From NCBI GenBank assembly GCA_951406725.2, contig OX597815.1, positions 21,390,001 to 21,454,000 of the forward strand: DNA of 64,000 nucleotides. The letters are read 5' to 3'. Made by a program: the position numbers and the translations under genes. How positions within the stretch are numbered: the first letter of the stretch is position 1; each line of letters opens with the position of its first letter. Origin of the DNA: Octopus vulgaris (lineage: Eukaryota). Below, one piece after another: positions 50,855 to 64,000 of this stretch. The notes beneath the pieces are model-generated. The model had not been told where the DNA came from. It did no database searches and worked only from the letters and a program-made list of their open reading frames with translations.

Positions 50855-50888
<34 letters not shown>
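50590..50888 (+). mobile_element. CR1-clade LINE 3' end
   Basis: SNTRGHAYKVRKQHSSHDFRKHFFMLRVAEAWNKLP; (TTA)n tail. Confidence 0.85.
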
Positions 50889-50890
<2 letters not shown>

Positions 50891-51005
50891 ATATGCAAGC
50901 ATTGAAAAACAGGCTTTAGATTGATGTGCATGATGATAGCTGTTTAGTCTGGTGGATGCTCTGATTGATTTGATTCCAGCCATGACCATGCTGTTCTCTT
51001 TTTAA

Positions 51006-51215
51006 CCCTTTAGCATTCAAACCGGCCAAAATATTTAACCTGTTTTATATTGAAACTGACCAGATCTCGCCTCTCACCTCAGCCCTACCATGTCATTCTA
51101 AAACTAAAAAATAACATCACTGAAATCCCTAAACTACAAGATAATGCATGATTAATTCAAAACAATATAAATAAACAAACATCACATTTGACAGAATAAT
51201 CTGAACACTAAAGGG
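51006..51215. mobile_element. piggyBac-like MITE
   Basis: TTAA|CCCTTTAG...CTAAAGGG|TTAA; reverse-orientation relative of the 14685 copy. Confidence 0.85.
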
Positions 51216-54200
51216 TTAAACATGATTGATGGAATCTCCATTGGTTTTGTTGAAGAGAAATTAGTTAGTTGTTCAATTAACTGAATGTCTAACTAGTCAA
51301 ATCAGTGTGCAAATAGCACTGAACCTGCACGAAATTGAGAACAAATCTCTCTCTCTCAAACCATACACTGTCAAGTTATAAATGTAATATACTACATAAT
51401 GTAGTCCCATATACACAAGAGCAGTAGGCTTAGCTGAGTGGTTAAGAAGTTTGCATCAGAATCACGAGATCCCAGAACCGCTGCAGAAACCACTACATGG
51501 CATCTTGTTTAGAGAATTGCCTTTTTCTATGTCTTTTGGTATTTCTAATGTAGTCAGAGCTTCAGTCCAAATTTACATCAAATTAATTTATCTGGTAGAA
51601 TACATCATCATCATCATCGTTTAACGTCCGTTTTCCATGCTAGCATGGGTTGGACTGTTCAACCGAGGTCTGGGAAGCCAGGAGGCTGCACCAGGCTCCA
51701 GTCTGATCTGGCAGTGTTTCTATGGCTGGATGCCCTTCCTAATGCCAACCACTCCATGAGTGCTTTTTACATGCCACCGGCACAGAAGCCAGTCAAGGCG
51801 GCGCTGGCATTGGCCATGTTCGGATGGTTCTTTTTACGTGCCACCGGCACAGGTATCACAACTACAATTTCCATTTGATATTTATCTTGATGTTGATGTA
51901 CTTAATCTATTTTTATTTCTTTACTACCCACAAGGGGCTAAACACAGAGAGGACATACAAGGACAGACAAATGGATTAAGTCGATTATATCGACCCCAGT
52001 GTGTAACTGATACTTAATTTATCGACCCCGAAAGGATGAAAGGCAAAGTCGACCTCGGCGGAATTTGAACTCAGAATGTAGCGGCAGACGAAATACGGCT
52101 ATGCATTTCACCCAGCGTGCTAACGATTCTGCCAGCTCGCCACCTTCTTAATCTATTAATGTACTTAATCTATTTTGTCTAATGGGGAGTATCTACCTGC
52201 ATGGCAGACACATGCACTCTTAATACAGTTTCCAAGTTGAATTGGCCTATAGATTCAATCCATGTGACAGACTTCCACTTAATTTCTATCGGCCCAATTT
52301 TATTCGTGAGACTTGGGTTGACCTCAAGCTATTGCAAAGGTCAGTATCACAGATGTTGTTAGACAAGATTAATTACTTGTATTCTAACAGGCAAATCAAT
52401 TTGAAATGAATCTGAACAAAAGCTCTGCCTACATTAAAAATAGAAGGTAAAAAAGAAAAAGTGATTCTTTAACCTTTTTGACACCATTTCATCTGAAATT
52501 GTCTTTGGTTCTGTACTACAAATTTTAAAGTGATCTCAGTTAAAACCTGCCACAAAAATTTCATGATAATTTAACGTTCTTCACTATTTCAAAAATTGAC
52601 TGAAACAAAGCAGTGTATTTCAATAGAAATATGGTAACAAAGAATTAAACAAGATTCCATGCAGTAAGATCAAATCTGGGACCTTTTGAGCAGGTTAAGA
52701 AACTGTATAGAAGTGCTAACGTTTCTGCCAGCTCCCATAATATAGTATCTTTACTTGCTTAATTTGTGTGTCCTAGATATTTTGAATCAGTTCTTACTAT
52801 CATCATCTAACTCTACATAATGGCTTAGACTTATCTCACTTCTATTTAAGAAGCATTTCCATCTGAAGTACCTTTGTTTAGTCTCAGGCTGGCTCTGAAT
52901 AAACCAATGATCAGATACATTCCAACTATAGCCATGCATATTTTCTTTGTCATTGTGTATCTAGGAATACCTAGTTCAATGTACCCTTCCCTCTTTTTAA
53001 AGATAATAGAGTGTACCTTGAGGGATATTCAGCATGTTGTTTCTAGCAGGTCAGGCAACCAAATAAAGACCCCCTTGTTGGCTTATCTTGTAGCATTTAT
53101 GCATTCAGCTGGTTTCTTCTACCTTTGTAATGCTTTGACTATTCAAACAACCATTGTTAGCTCAGTAATAATTATTTCTTTTGATTAGTCGCAAAGTGAT
53201 ATATTTTTTTGCTTTTGTTTACAAAATGTTTGAATTGACTTCAATATCCCTCTCTCTCTTTCGGAGAGGCACTTACAGATATTATTTTATAGACCCTAAC
53301 AGGAACGAAAGGTATCATTGACCCTAAGTATGGCTTAAACTCAGAACATAGAAAGACCTAATGTAATGCACTCTATTTCTGCCAACCCTCTGTCCTACTT
53401 TTAAATTACTTTAAATTTTGCCAGAAGCCTTTGTACAAATATTAAATTCAATCAAAAAGCTTTTTACTAATAAACCAACGACAAAGACAGATTAGATCTC
53501 CCACTAATTAACAACTCTCACTAATTAACATGAAAATCAATAATTCCACTACAAAAGCCCAAGAACAGAATTTCAGCCAATTTTTATGCCTCCAATTTTG
53601 GTTTATTCAACACTAGTATAGAATTTTTTTGACCTCACTGTTTTAAATTTCTTTAAAAGTGTTGTTGTGAAAGATAAAGAGTTAATTATCACAGCTGTTG
53701 TTAGATGAAATGATTTATTTGTATTCCACCCAGCAAATTCATTTGATTAAGGTTTGGACAAAAGCTCTGGCTGTATTAGAAATGCCGGAAGACAATCAAG
53801 GCAGTTATTTAAACACTATTGAAAGGTTGTGTTGTGAATAAAGAAGTAATTATATGCTATTGAAGAAGAAATTTTACAAACTTCCAGGTTGAAATTAATT
53901 CACTTCATTAGAAAAGTATGGACATAAGACAAATTCATTTCCTTTTATAGATCTATGGCCAAGTTCCTAAATTTAATATCAATATAATTAATATCTAAAA
54001 GCAGATTCCAGAGTAGTTATGACCAGCTAAGACTCTTGTGACTGGAAAAGGTTTATGATTGGCTATTTTGTTACCTTTGGTTTGGGGATGATTTAAGGAG
54101 GGCACAATCAACCTTTCCTTATCCAGTATCATATTATTATAACGTTCTGAGTTCAAATTCCGCCAGGTCGACCTTGCCTTTCATCCTTTCGGAGTCGATA

Positions 54201-55959
54201 AATTAAGTACCAGTTGTGTACTGAGGTCGATCTAATCGACTGGCCCCTCCCCCAAAATTTCGGACCTTGTGCCTAGAGCAGAAAAGATTATTATACTATC
54301 TTAGCCAAACATAATAAACATATTATGACGAATGTATTGTAGCTTCTGTATAATTTTTTCTTATGCCAAAGGATACTTCTGAAGAATTTTATTTTATAAC
54401 AAAATACATATAAATTGTTGAGATAAATGACAACGTATCTTTGATGAGATCGATGTAATACTGTAGAAATCGATAGAACACAAATAAAGCGCCTAGGAAG
54501 TTAATAGATTAGAACGTCAGGTGGTAGGTTTCACATTATTAGTTTGCCTTCTCATCGATTTAAGTTTTAATTCCGTTGGATTAGGAATAATCAGTACCAG
54601 TAATGTATTGTTCGATTTCGATTTAATTGAAGACAGTCCTTTTCGTTGTATAGCCATTTCAGCTGTGAAGCTGAATTTCCAATAACTGTCGGCTTGTTTC
54701 AAAAGTATTCAGCTGACAGTTCGGAAGTGATGGGTGTTGGCTTGTGCTGCAGACTTAGAAGAGAGCGGGGTGAGAAAAGATAGAGAGGAAGCTGAAGCAT
54801 GTGGTAAAATGCTTCCCACTACTATTCCTTATTCTCTCTTTCCGTGTTCCTTGGCATCACCAGTAAAGCAGCCACCGCCTCCCCTAACAATCCACAGAAT
54901 ACGCCTGAGACACGCCGAAGAACAGTTACACAAGTGTCGTTATGTGTAGTTAAATTAAATCAATACAATAGAAAAAATTCATTTGTCAACAAGAATACTT
55001 CAGAAAAATAAAATCGTAACCGGAGAACTAGAAAATATTGAAAAATTGAACAATTACAATTTTTTAAATCTAAATTTACATGCTAATAAATAAAAAACAA
55101 ACAAACAAACAAATAGGCATTAATGCCAACAAATATTTATATCGGTTGTGACCCAAGGGTCCAGAGTTTCGTTTATAGCACAAATTATTTCTCTTCCTTG
55201 TTCCACGAAAAATATACCAACACACACGTGTATTTATAACATGGTAAAAACCGTCAAATTAGTAATTATAAGCTGTTTTCTTTCTTTCTTTGTAGCAGAT
55301 CGATTGCTTGATATAACAGGCACCTGCCAGTACAGTACACGAAGGGGATGGCCAAGTGGAATTTTCTAAAACATAAACATTCCACGCTTAACTTCTCTCT
55401 TATTTATTGAATACACACACATTTGATTTACCCACTTTTATTTGTTTATCTTTCTAAATTGGATTATGCAAGATGCCTGTTGCATATAATATCAATTTAC
55501 CAAGCTTGTGTGAAAGGAATGTTTTTCCAATGTGTTTATAGTTCCGCATTAAAAGAGAATAGTAAATATTTTGACAGAAAAATATAACCAAAGCCGTATA
55601 GCTATCAATGTTGTAAATAATTGTTGAATTTAGATAAGATCGAGTCCACACGTTTGTACTTTTTTTTTTCATTCTGCGTTTAAAAAAACAAATAAAGATA
55701 TTTCAGCAGAGGATGTATTCGAAATGTTTTCATACGCGCGCGCACACACACTATATATATATATAATATATATATGTATATATAATATATATGAGAGAGA
55801 AAAAAAATATATATGTATATACGGAATAAATATTAGTAAAATTTTAAGGATTGAGGTCCTGATCGAAAGTTTAAATGAGGTGGATTTGCGTGGGTTTTCA
55901 TTCTTGAAAGCGTGTGTGCTTTGAAAACGTTTACAGCTGCAGAAGAAGAAATCTAGCAG

Positions 55960-56440
55960 TGAATGAACGAGTAAGAGTGAGCGTGTGTGTGAACGACCAA
56001 GAGTGAACGAGTGAGAAAGCAAGCGAGAGAGAAAGAGAGAGAGAGCAGCAGGTAGAGCGAGAGATAGACGGAGAGGGAAAGAGAGCAAACAGATAGATAG
56101 ATAGAGAGAGAGAGAGAGCAAATACAACCAGAGATAGAGAGGAAGTAGAGCGAGAGATAGAGAGAGAGAGATAGTAAATACAACGAGAGAGAGAGAGAGA
56201 GTAAATACGAGAGAGGAGAGAGTAAATACAACGAGAGAGAGAGAGAGAGAGTAAATACGAGAGAGGAGAGAGTAAATACAACGAGAGAGAAAGTAAATAC
56301 AACGAGAGATAGAGAGGGAGCAAATACAACGAGAGATAGAGAGGAAGTAGAGCGAGAGATTGATAGAGAAAGAGAGCAAGTAGAGAGAGAGAGATAGTTA
56401 GATAGATAAAGAGCAAGTAGAGAGAGAGTGAGCAGAAAGT
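55960..56440. repeat. GA-rich polypurine tract with repeated gtaaataca(a)cgagaga units
   Basis: direct reading of the sequence. Confidence 0.9.
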
Positions 56441-56932
56441 GTGTGTGTGTGTCAGAGAGCGATGCATTGTGGGTGTGATGTAGTGAGCGCCATATTGACA
56501 TGGGATCAGAATATTTATGGAACTTGGAACTTTTGGTTAGGATGATGTACAGTTATAATAGATTTTGGCAACAAGAATTATTTCATTGTCAATACTACTT
56601 GTTGGCAAATTACAATTACAAAGAGGATCGCCAATAACTGTATCATTATTGTTGTTATTATTTTATAATCTGATCTGAGTGTGTAAATTATACTCTTTCA
56701 ATTTCTCTACTCACGTTACCTCTTTTTTTTGACAGCTTTATAAAAATCTCCCCATCTAGACTTGTTTATTATTACTACTAGTACTACTACTATTACTATT
56801 ACTTACTTACTTACATTTGTTTCCGTACAAAACAAAATTCCAACATATAAACAACAACAAAAAAAACACAAACACACAAACAAAAACAAAACAAAAAAAA
56901 GCACTTAAGAAAAAAAATCGACACCCCAGAAA

Positions 56933-57220
56933 ATGAGTTCTGTTGACAACAAGAAAACAAAGCGTCGAAAAAATAAGAAAAATGTGACTGTCAAAAACGT
57001 GGTCAATTTCAATCACGTCGTCTCTAATAATTTGACGGTGACCACCACGACCTCCACCTCCACCACGACAACAACGTCGTCGTCGTCGTCCTCTTCTTCT
57101 TCGACGCCGCCACCAAGCTCTGGTGGTGGTTGTGCCACTCCTGCCTCTGCCTCGTCAACGTCGGATGTCATATATCAGCAACAAACTCTGCCAACGCAAA
57201 CACCTAATGACAGTACTTGT
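56933..57220 (+). CDS. probable first coding exon of an unidentified gene (basic N-terminus, then S/T-rich low complexity)
   Basis: aaaATGA start, 96 codons MSSVDNKKTKRRKNKKN...NDSTC ending at a gtaagt donor; GC/CpG-richer than flanks; candidate acceptor ttttgacag at 56735. Confidence 0.65.
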
Positions 57221-57464
57221 GTAAGTTTGTAAATTGTATTGCATTGCATTTGCTGCTGGTATTTCTTCTTAATCGATATATAACAAGTTAAACATTTTTT
57301 TTTTTTTTCATGTATGTTTTGATATAATTCTTCTTCTGGTCCGTCCAGGGTGGTGAGTGAGGAAAGAAACGGGGTTTGGGTTGGGTTTGGTTTGGTTTGG
57401 GTTGGGTTCGGGTTTTTCCTTTTTAATTTTAACTTCAATAATAATATTATAATGATTTAGTAAA

Positions 57465-57880
57465 CTGTATGTGTGTGTATATATATATACACAAACGTAT
57501 GTATAGATCGGTATTTATTGATGTAGATATATCATTATATGAGCATGAATACAATATAGGTATGTGTGTGTGTGTATATATATATATACACAAACGTATG
57601 TATAGATAGGTATGTATTGTATCATTGTATGAGCATGAATACAATATAGGTATGTGTGTGTATATATATATATATATATATGTATGTATATATAAAACAA
57701 ACGTATGTATAGATAGATATGTATTGATATAGATATATTGTATGAGCATGATTACAATATAGGTGTGTGTGTGTGTATATATATATGTATGTGTATTGAT
57801 ATAGATACATTGTATGAGCATGATTACAATATAGGTATGTTTATGTGGATATATATGTATGTACATATATATATATATGT
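57465..57880. repeat. four ~70-115-bp TA/TG-rich tandem units
   Basis: tatgagcatga(a/t)tacaatataggt at about 57538, 57628, 57741 and 57813. Confidence 0.85.
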
Positions 57881-58316
57881 TGCTAATTAAAGTTAAGTTC
57901 TTGTGGAAATCTGACTTTATTGCCATGTGATTATTAGTTTTTTTTTTTATAAAAAGGAATATCCATAAGCTGAATACTACTTGACTTGGTGTTATATCTA
58001 ACGGAAACATTTTAGGACGGATAGGAAGTTCAGAACTGAAGCAACAGTGAAAAATGCTTGAATAAAATATCTGTGTGTGTGAGAGGCAAGAAACATTTCA
58101 GTCCCCCTATGTTGCTCTTTTAACCTAGTATGCTTTCGAGTAAAAAAAAAAACCCCAAACCGACTAATATATATATAGATGTGTATATATATATATTTAT
58201 AAGTGTATATACGTGTGTGTGTATTTATGTAATATGCATGCATACACACAAGATGCTTGTCCAAACACCTCTTTGCTACATTAACTCAATGTCTGCTGAC
58301 TGCAATACCATCACTA

Positions 58317-58340
58317 TCACGTGACCGACGACGCCATCTT
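58317..58340. promoter_or_regulatory. candidate regulatory site: E-box (TCACGTGAC) next to a YY1-like motif (CGCCATCTT)
   Basis: motif match in a locally CpG-rich, non-repetitive patch; no functional evidence. Confidence 0.3.
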
Positions 58341-58771
58341 GACGATTTTTATTTGACGTAAGAGATGTCTGTGTAGAAAGGCTAGACGTGTGTTTTCACA
58401 CACACACACACGCATTATGTGTGTATATACCTATGTATATAAGTATATATATAAATACATGTACACATGTAGTGTGTATATGTGTGTGTTTCTACCTCGT
58501 CCACTCAGTTGCCTGAACAGAAGTTAACTACAGTCAACATGTCCCCCCCTCTCTATATTTATGTATATTACACTTATCTATCTCTATAGACACAGGCGTG
58601 TATAATCATCGTAATCCTTTAGCAAACTCTCCCTACCTTTGTGTGTGTGCATGTATATACACACACACGCATGCACACACATTTATATACCCCATATATA
58701 AAGTACTGTAGGGTAATTGTTGCCCACGCAGTCATCACCAACGAGTTCCTTCAGTTACCGGAATTTACCAT

Positions 58772-58809
<38 letters not shown>

Positions 58810-59569
58810 CGTATATATATATATATATATAATGTGTGTTAGGAAGTATAATGACCATAAAAATGTATCGTGTGTTGAGATGGGCCTTGATCAAACCCTT
58901 GGTCGTTAATTCGACTTCGGGACACTGTAATATAGTCCTTAGACTTACTTTTTTACAAACGTGTCTTCTGTGACTTTGATGGTGTGTGTGGTTCTACTAG
59001 TTTATATATATACATATAAAATTATATATATATATATAGTGTGTGTGTGTATATATACACATTGCTCTAATGTAAAACGTAGAGACGCCTCCTTTAGCGT
59101 AGACTTAACCACGTAAATTCTTTTAGCAATCAACAGATTTGTCGTATTCTGTAATTTGAAGCAAGACATCATTTAAAAATTATTTACATCTAATTAAGAG
59201 AAATGTGAAACCTCCGAGTTCTTTTTTTTTTCTACCTATTTCGATTTTAAAATGACCCCCCCATATATAATGATTACAACTTCCATTATAATTTTAAATA
59301 ACTCCTTGCATAATTTTGTTGTAATCCCCCTATATTCCACTTAACTGCTCTTCGTTGTTGCTACCTGAGTCGGAAGGGGAAAGCTAATGTAAAGAAAGCT
59401 ACAGGTATTCTCTGATCTATTTTATCAATCGTTCGTCGGTTTATCGGACGAGGTTTATTTCATTCACCATTCATCAAGTTGTTAACCAGTCAGTCAGCTT
59501 TGCCATCGTTGTAAAATATGTCACATACAATTGATTATAACGAACCAACGAAGGAGCTTTCAATGTATG

Positions 59570-59780
59570 TTGTCGCACGATTTGCTAGAATAAACAGCTA
59601 AATCTCACCCAGACTGCAGCCTACGTCTTTAAAAAAAAAAATACGGTGGACATATTGAATAATGTAGCCTTAGGTATACATCATTAAAAAAAAATTTTAA
59701 TGGTTACGATTGGAATGCCTTTGATCAGACATCAGCTCGATCAGGTTGACCTGGGGCTAATCAATAAAAACATCAGCAGC
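59570..59780 (+). repeat. old, diverged retroposon family with a (CAA)n tail (also near 1-80, 5780-6050-, 16320-16480, 20080-20340, 23200-23410, 34400-34590, 37560-37720, 52870-53090-)
   Basis: recurrent ggataatgtagt...ggaatgcctttgatcataga...gacctggggctaaacaacaa. Confidence 0.65.
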
Positions 59781-62233
59781 ATAAGCGATTATTATCACTT
59801 CTCGTTTTTGAGTCTCTTTTTTTATTTTTTTAAAGGGTGCTTAAGAAAAAAATAAAGCAGCAGTAAAACATTTTTGATAATAATTAAAATTAGGGAGTTT
59901 AATTTCAAGGTCGATTATGTATAAAGCTTGTATTGATAGTCATCAAAGAGAATTGACTCAATCCTAAACATTTGTGGTTTTGTTACACTTGTGGCAAATA
60001 GACTACTACTACTGCTGACAGTTTCTCACGCTAATAAGTAATAAAGAAATAGAAGTTATTTATCTACATATCGACCCTGATCGAGATGACCTATGGACAC
60101 AGGCGTTCCAGCAGAGACCATCTCGTCTTTTTGCAATCTCGCGATATAGCGTTTGTAAAGTCTACATAATTAAAATGATCTTTCCTCTTGTCAGACGGCA
60201 TTGTGTGATTTGAAGGAAAACTAGGCTGTTATTTCTAGCATGACAAACGACCTTGCAAAAAGCTCCAGTGTTGGTTTTGAAGGAAGGGAAATTAGCACGA
60301 TCTGTAGTTGTATTTCTATGCATAAATTCGTGTCCCCCGTTTCTTAATTCCTGACGTAACCATTGATTCCTTCTATTAATAAAAAAAAAAAAGAGTACCA
60401 ATAACAAATTGTGTTTCTACTTTGAAAAGATAGGTTTCATTCTTTTGTAAAATATAGTTCTGGTGTTGTGAGCTGCAGCGTTTTGGAATTGCTTGAGTCC
60501 TGTGTCTTTAGTGTAGCATTTAGCGTCACAGCAACACATATACAAGCGTACGCACACGCTGATAGTGTGTGTGTATGTTTATCTGTTTATGACTGTATAT
60601 TTGTGAACATATATGTATGTGAATATTTGTTGTGAATGTGTGTTTATATATATATATAGGTGTGTGTGTGTGTGTATATGAAATTTAGATGTTAAAATCC
60701 AAGATATGTCATCTTGAAGCACATCTGCTTATTCCAATTACTTATGTTATGTAGATGTTTTGTGTGAGGTATGCATAAAAATTGAAAATACTGGAAAATA
60801 ATTTTGCAGAATAATTATATATCAAAACAAGACATTGGAAAGTTTCAGTAAATACTATAAAAATTTTTTTTTCAAAATCCTGTTTTGATACACATACATA
60901 CAAACATATGTGCATATGTATGTGGCAAATGCTTCGTGGTTTTCAATTCACCTGTATGTCAATGTCAATTTTGCTGTTCATCCTTTTGGAGTTAAATAAA
61001 ATACCAGCCTTAAGTGGTGGATAAGCAGTTAGTGTCCAGGAAGATGCTTTGTGGTGTCTGTTCCATCTCTTCACATTCTGAGTTCAAATCCTACCAAGGT
61101 GTTAATGACCATGACTCATCACATCACCAAGGCAGTCCTGGCAATAGATGCTCAGCCATATGTGCAGTAGGCACAGCCTTCCAGCGTGCCAGCCCAGTAA
61201 GACTGTCCAATCCATGGCTGCATGGACAATGGATGTTAAATGATGATGATGATGGTGATATTTGACATTGGGTTAACAGAATGTGTATTTTACATTGGGT
61301 TAACAGAATGTGTATTTTACGATCATGCACAGACATACGCCTACAAATGCATAGGCATTTACCTATAAATGTCATCATTTAGACCTGTTGGGGCAAGTGA
61401 AATCGAAATTGAACCAAATTCGATGATTGGCACCTAACAGCTCCATCCAAGCGGGATCACTGCCAGAGCAACTCTCTGGCTTCTGTGCCAGTGACATGTA
61501 AAAAGCGCCATTTGAGCGTGATCGTTACCAGCGACGCCTTACTGGCACTTGTACTGGTGGCATGTGAACAAAACATTCAAGCGAGGACGTTACCAGTGTC
61601 ACTGGACTGACTCCTGTGCAGGTGGCACGTAAAAAACACCTTTTTGAGCGTGGCCGTTGCCAGTACTGCCAGACTGGCCCTCGTGCCAGTGGCACGTAAA
61701 AGCACCCACTACACTCTCAGAATGGTTGGCGTTAGGAAGGGCATCCAGCTGTAGAAACTCTGCCAGATCAGATTGGAGCCTGGCGCAGCCATCTGGTGTG
61801 CCAGTCCTCTGTCAAATCGTCTAACCCATGCTAGCATGGAAAGCGGACGTTAAATGATGATGATGATTTAATGTCCATTTTGCATACCTGCATGTAATTC
61901 ATTGAGGTAGATTTTCTGTAGCCAGATGCTATCCTTTTGCGATCTTTTGATTTTTTTCCAAGCAAGTTAATATTTTCCTGTAGTTGGGCATGTTTTCATT
62001 GGAAATAATTGACACTACTTTTATGACATTGATGATGTTTGTTTATGACTATCATGCATTAAGACAAGGTAGACACACATTCCCTCACACACACCTAGAT
62101 ATATGTGCAACAGTTTCTGCTAACAATCTATTTACATGGCTTTATTCATTGAGACTATAGTAGAAATCACTTGCCCAAGGTGTGACTCAAAGGGATTGAA
62201 TCTGAAAGTGATTAGGAAACACAGTCAGGTGTG

Positions 62234-62274
<41 letters not shown>

Positions 62275-62453
62275 ATAGAGTGGTTGTGTAGTAAGAAACT
62301 TGCTTCACAACCACACGCTTCTAGGCTCAGTCACACTGCATGGCATGTTGGGCATGTAACTTCTGCTGTAGCCTCGGGCTGACCAAAGCCTTGTGAGTGG
62401 ATTTGGTAGATGAAACTTGAAAGAAGCCCGTTATATATATATATGTGTGTTTG

Positions 62454-62488
<35 letters not shown>

Positions 62489-63077
62489 TTGTGTGTCTGT
62501 GTTTGTCCCCCTTACCATTGCTTAGCAACTGATGTTGGTGTGTTTACGTCCACATGACTTCACGGCTTAGCAAAAGAGAAAGATAGAATAAGTACTAGGC
62601 TTACAAAGAACAAGTTCTGGGATTGATTTGTTCGACTAAAGGCTGTGCTTCAGCACGGCCGCAGTCATATGACTGAAACAATATATACACACACTCACTA
62701 TATATTTGTAATTGTTTCTTTCTCTACATGTGTGCATTTGTATATGAATATATGCATGTACATACATGCATATATACATACACACATACCTGTACACTCA
62801 TATACATGTGTGTGAATAGGTAGGCGGCGAGTTGGCAGAAATGTTAGCACGCCGGCCGAAATGCGTAGCCGTATTTCGTCTGCCGTTACATTCTGAGTTC
62901 AAATTCTGCCGAGGTTGACTTTGCCTTTCATCCTTTTGGGGTCAATAAATTAAGTACCAGTTACGCACTGGGGTCGATATAATCGACTTAATCCATTTGT
63001 CTGTCCTTGTTTGTCCCCTCTGTGTGTAGCCCCTTGTGAGTAGTAAAGAAATAGGTATATGTGTATGTATATATGCT

Positions 63078-63124
<47 letters not shown>

Positions 63125-63181
63125 CTTCCTATATACATATAAATATCTATGTATATAACGATGATGTTTTTACATATATAG

Positions 63182-63547
63182 GTAGCTGTTGGACCTGGCA
63201 TTGCTCGTGTTTTCCGTGTTGACGTTAAGCCCACCGCTGACCTTGTATTGAATAAGCATTTCCTTAGTGACTAGTCTATCAATTTTGTTGAAATTTTACT
63301 CGTGAAAATATGCAAAAGCTACAGGAAAAATAACATCGTTATGGGAATTTCCATTCAACGCCCGATTGAGCTCACAAAAACCAATGCCAACTAAGCATTA
63401 TAGACTGTTCGAAAAATTCTGGCCTTATTTGAACTTCAGGGCATGTGATCTGCCTATGTGCCCTGAATCATTAAAATCGGTTGGACGGTGTGGAGTAACC
63501 CCAAACACACACACAGACACACACCATTATAGATTTATGTGTATAGA
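63182..63547 (-). mobile_element. degenerate non-autonomous Helitron
   Basis: minus strand A|TCTATAC start; 3' gagcaatgccaggtccaacagcta resembles the other Helitron ends. Confidence 0.55.
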
Positions 63548-64000
63548 TGTGTGTGCATGTATATGTGTGTATATCTCTGTATACATGCATGTGTTTGTGT
63601 GTGTATATATACACACACACATATATCTGTGTATACTTATATATATTTGCATATGTATATAGATGTATGTATACATATGAATACATGTGATATGCATGTA
63701 TATATGTACATGTATATATACATGTATATGCAGGAATGTATGTATATATTCACCTTCCTGTAACTTGAAGATATATCCTGATACCTCTTCACCATCTTTG
63801 TAGCTATGTATTTCTTCTACTGCAAGACACTTGTTTTTGTCTATCATACTTTAATCTCTCATCACTTAGCATTAAGCCACTTCCTGCAATATACACCCAC
63901 CTCATTTGAGGGGTCATGCCTTGCTAGGTATTTGGTTACCTCACTACTACTGCTGCTGCTGCCACTTCTGTGAAGTGATTGGCATTAGGAAGGGCATCTA

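Noticed and set aside
54517-54702. Small minus-strand ORF (MAIQRKGLSS...)
   Set aside because: Short, with no recognisable homology or splice support
55669-56501. Long Leu/Ser-rich minus-strand ORFs (178-236 aa)
   Set aside because: Translations of (CT)n repeats that are open in all three frames
61440-61720. CRISPR-like pattern: ~25-bp palindromic repeats with ~35-bp spacers
   Set aside because: The spacers are homologous to each other, the repeats are degenerate, the context is a eukaryotic retroposon, and there are no cas genes

Overview
AT-rich, repeat-dense animal genomic DNA. The SINE families look like those of Octopus (coleoid cephalopod); this is inferred from recalled repeat families, not from a search. 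There are three protein-coding loci. (1) The last 5 coding exons of DDX10 (+, 291-12705). (2) A complete POLR3C/RPC62 gene with 15 coding exons (-, 43450-19145; 1557 nt, 518 aa, all GT-AG with consistent phases), convergent with DDX10. (3) The probable first coding exon of an unidentified gene (+, 56933-57220). The rest is mostly mobile-element sequence: three SINE families, RTE, CR1 and Tx1-like LINE fragments, a solo LTR, MITEs with 8-bp TSDs, piggyBac and mariner MITEs, Helitrons, and mariner and Chapaev3-like transposase relics. Most notable: two type I hammerhead-ribozyme motifs just upstream of POLR3C on its strand; a TIR element that holds a copy of the neighbouring POLR3C intron as it was before a SINE inserted there; and several other locally templated copies and fold-backs. 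All calls were made by eye and repeat boundaries are approximate.
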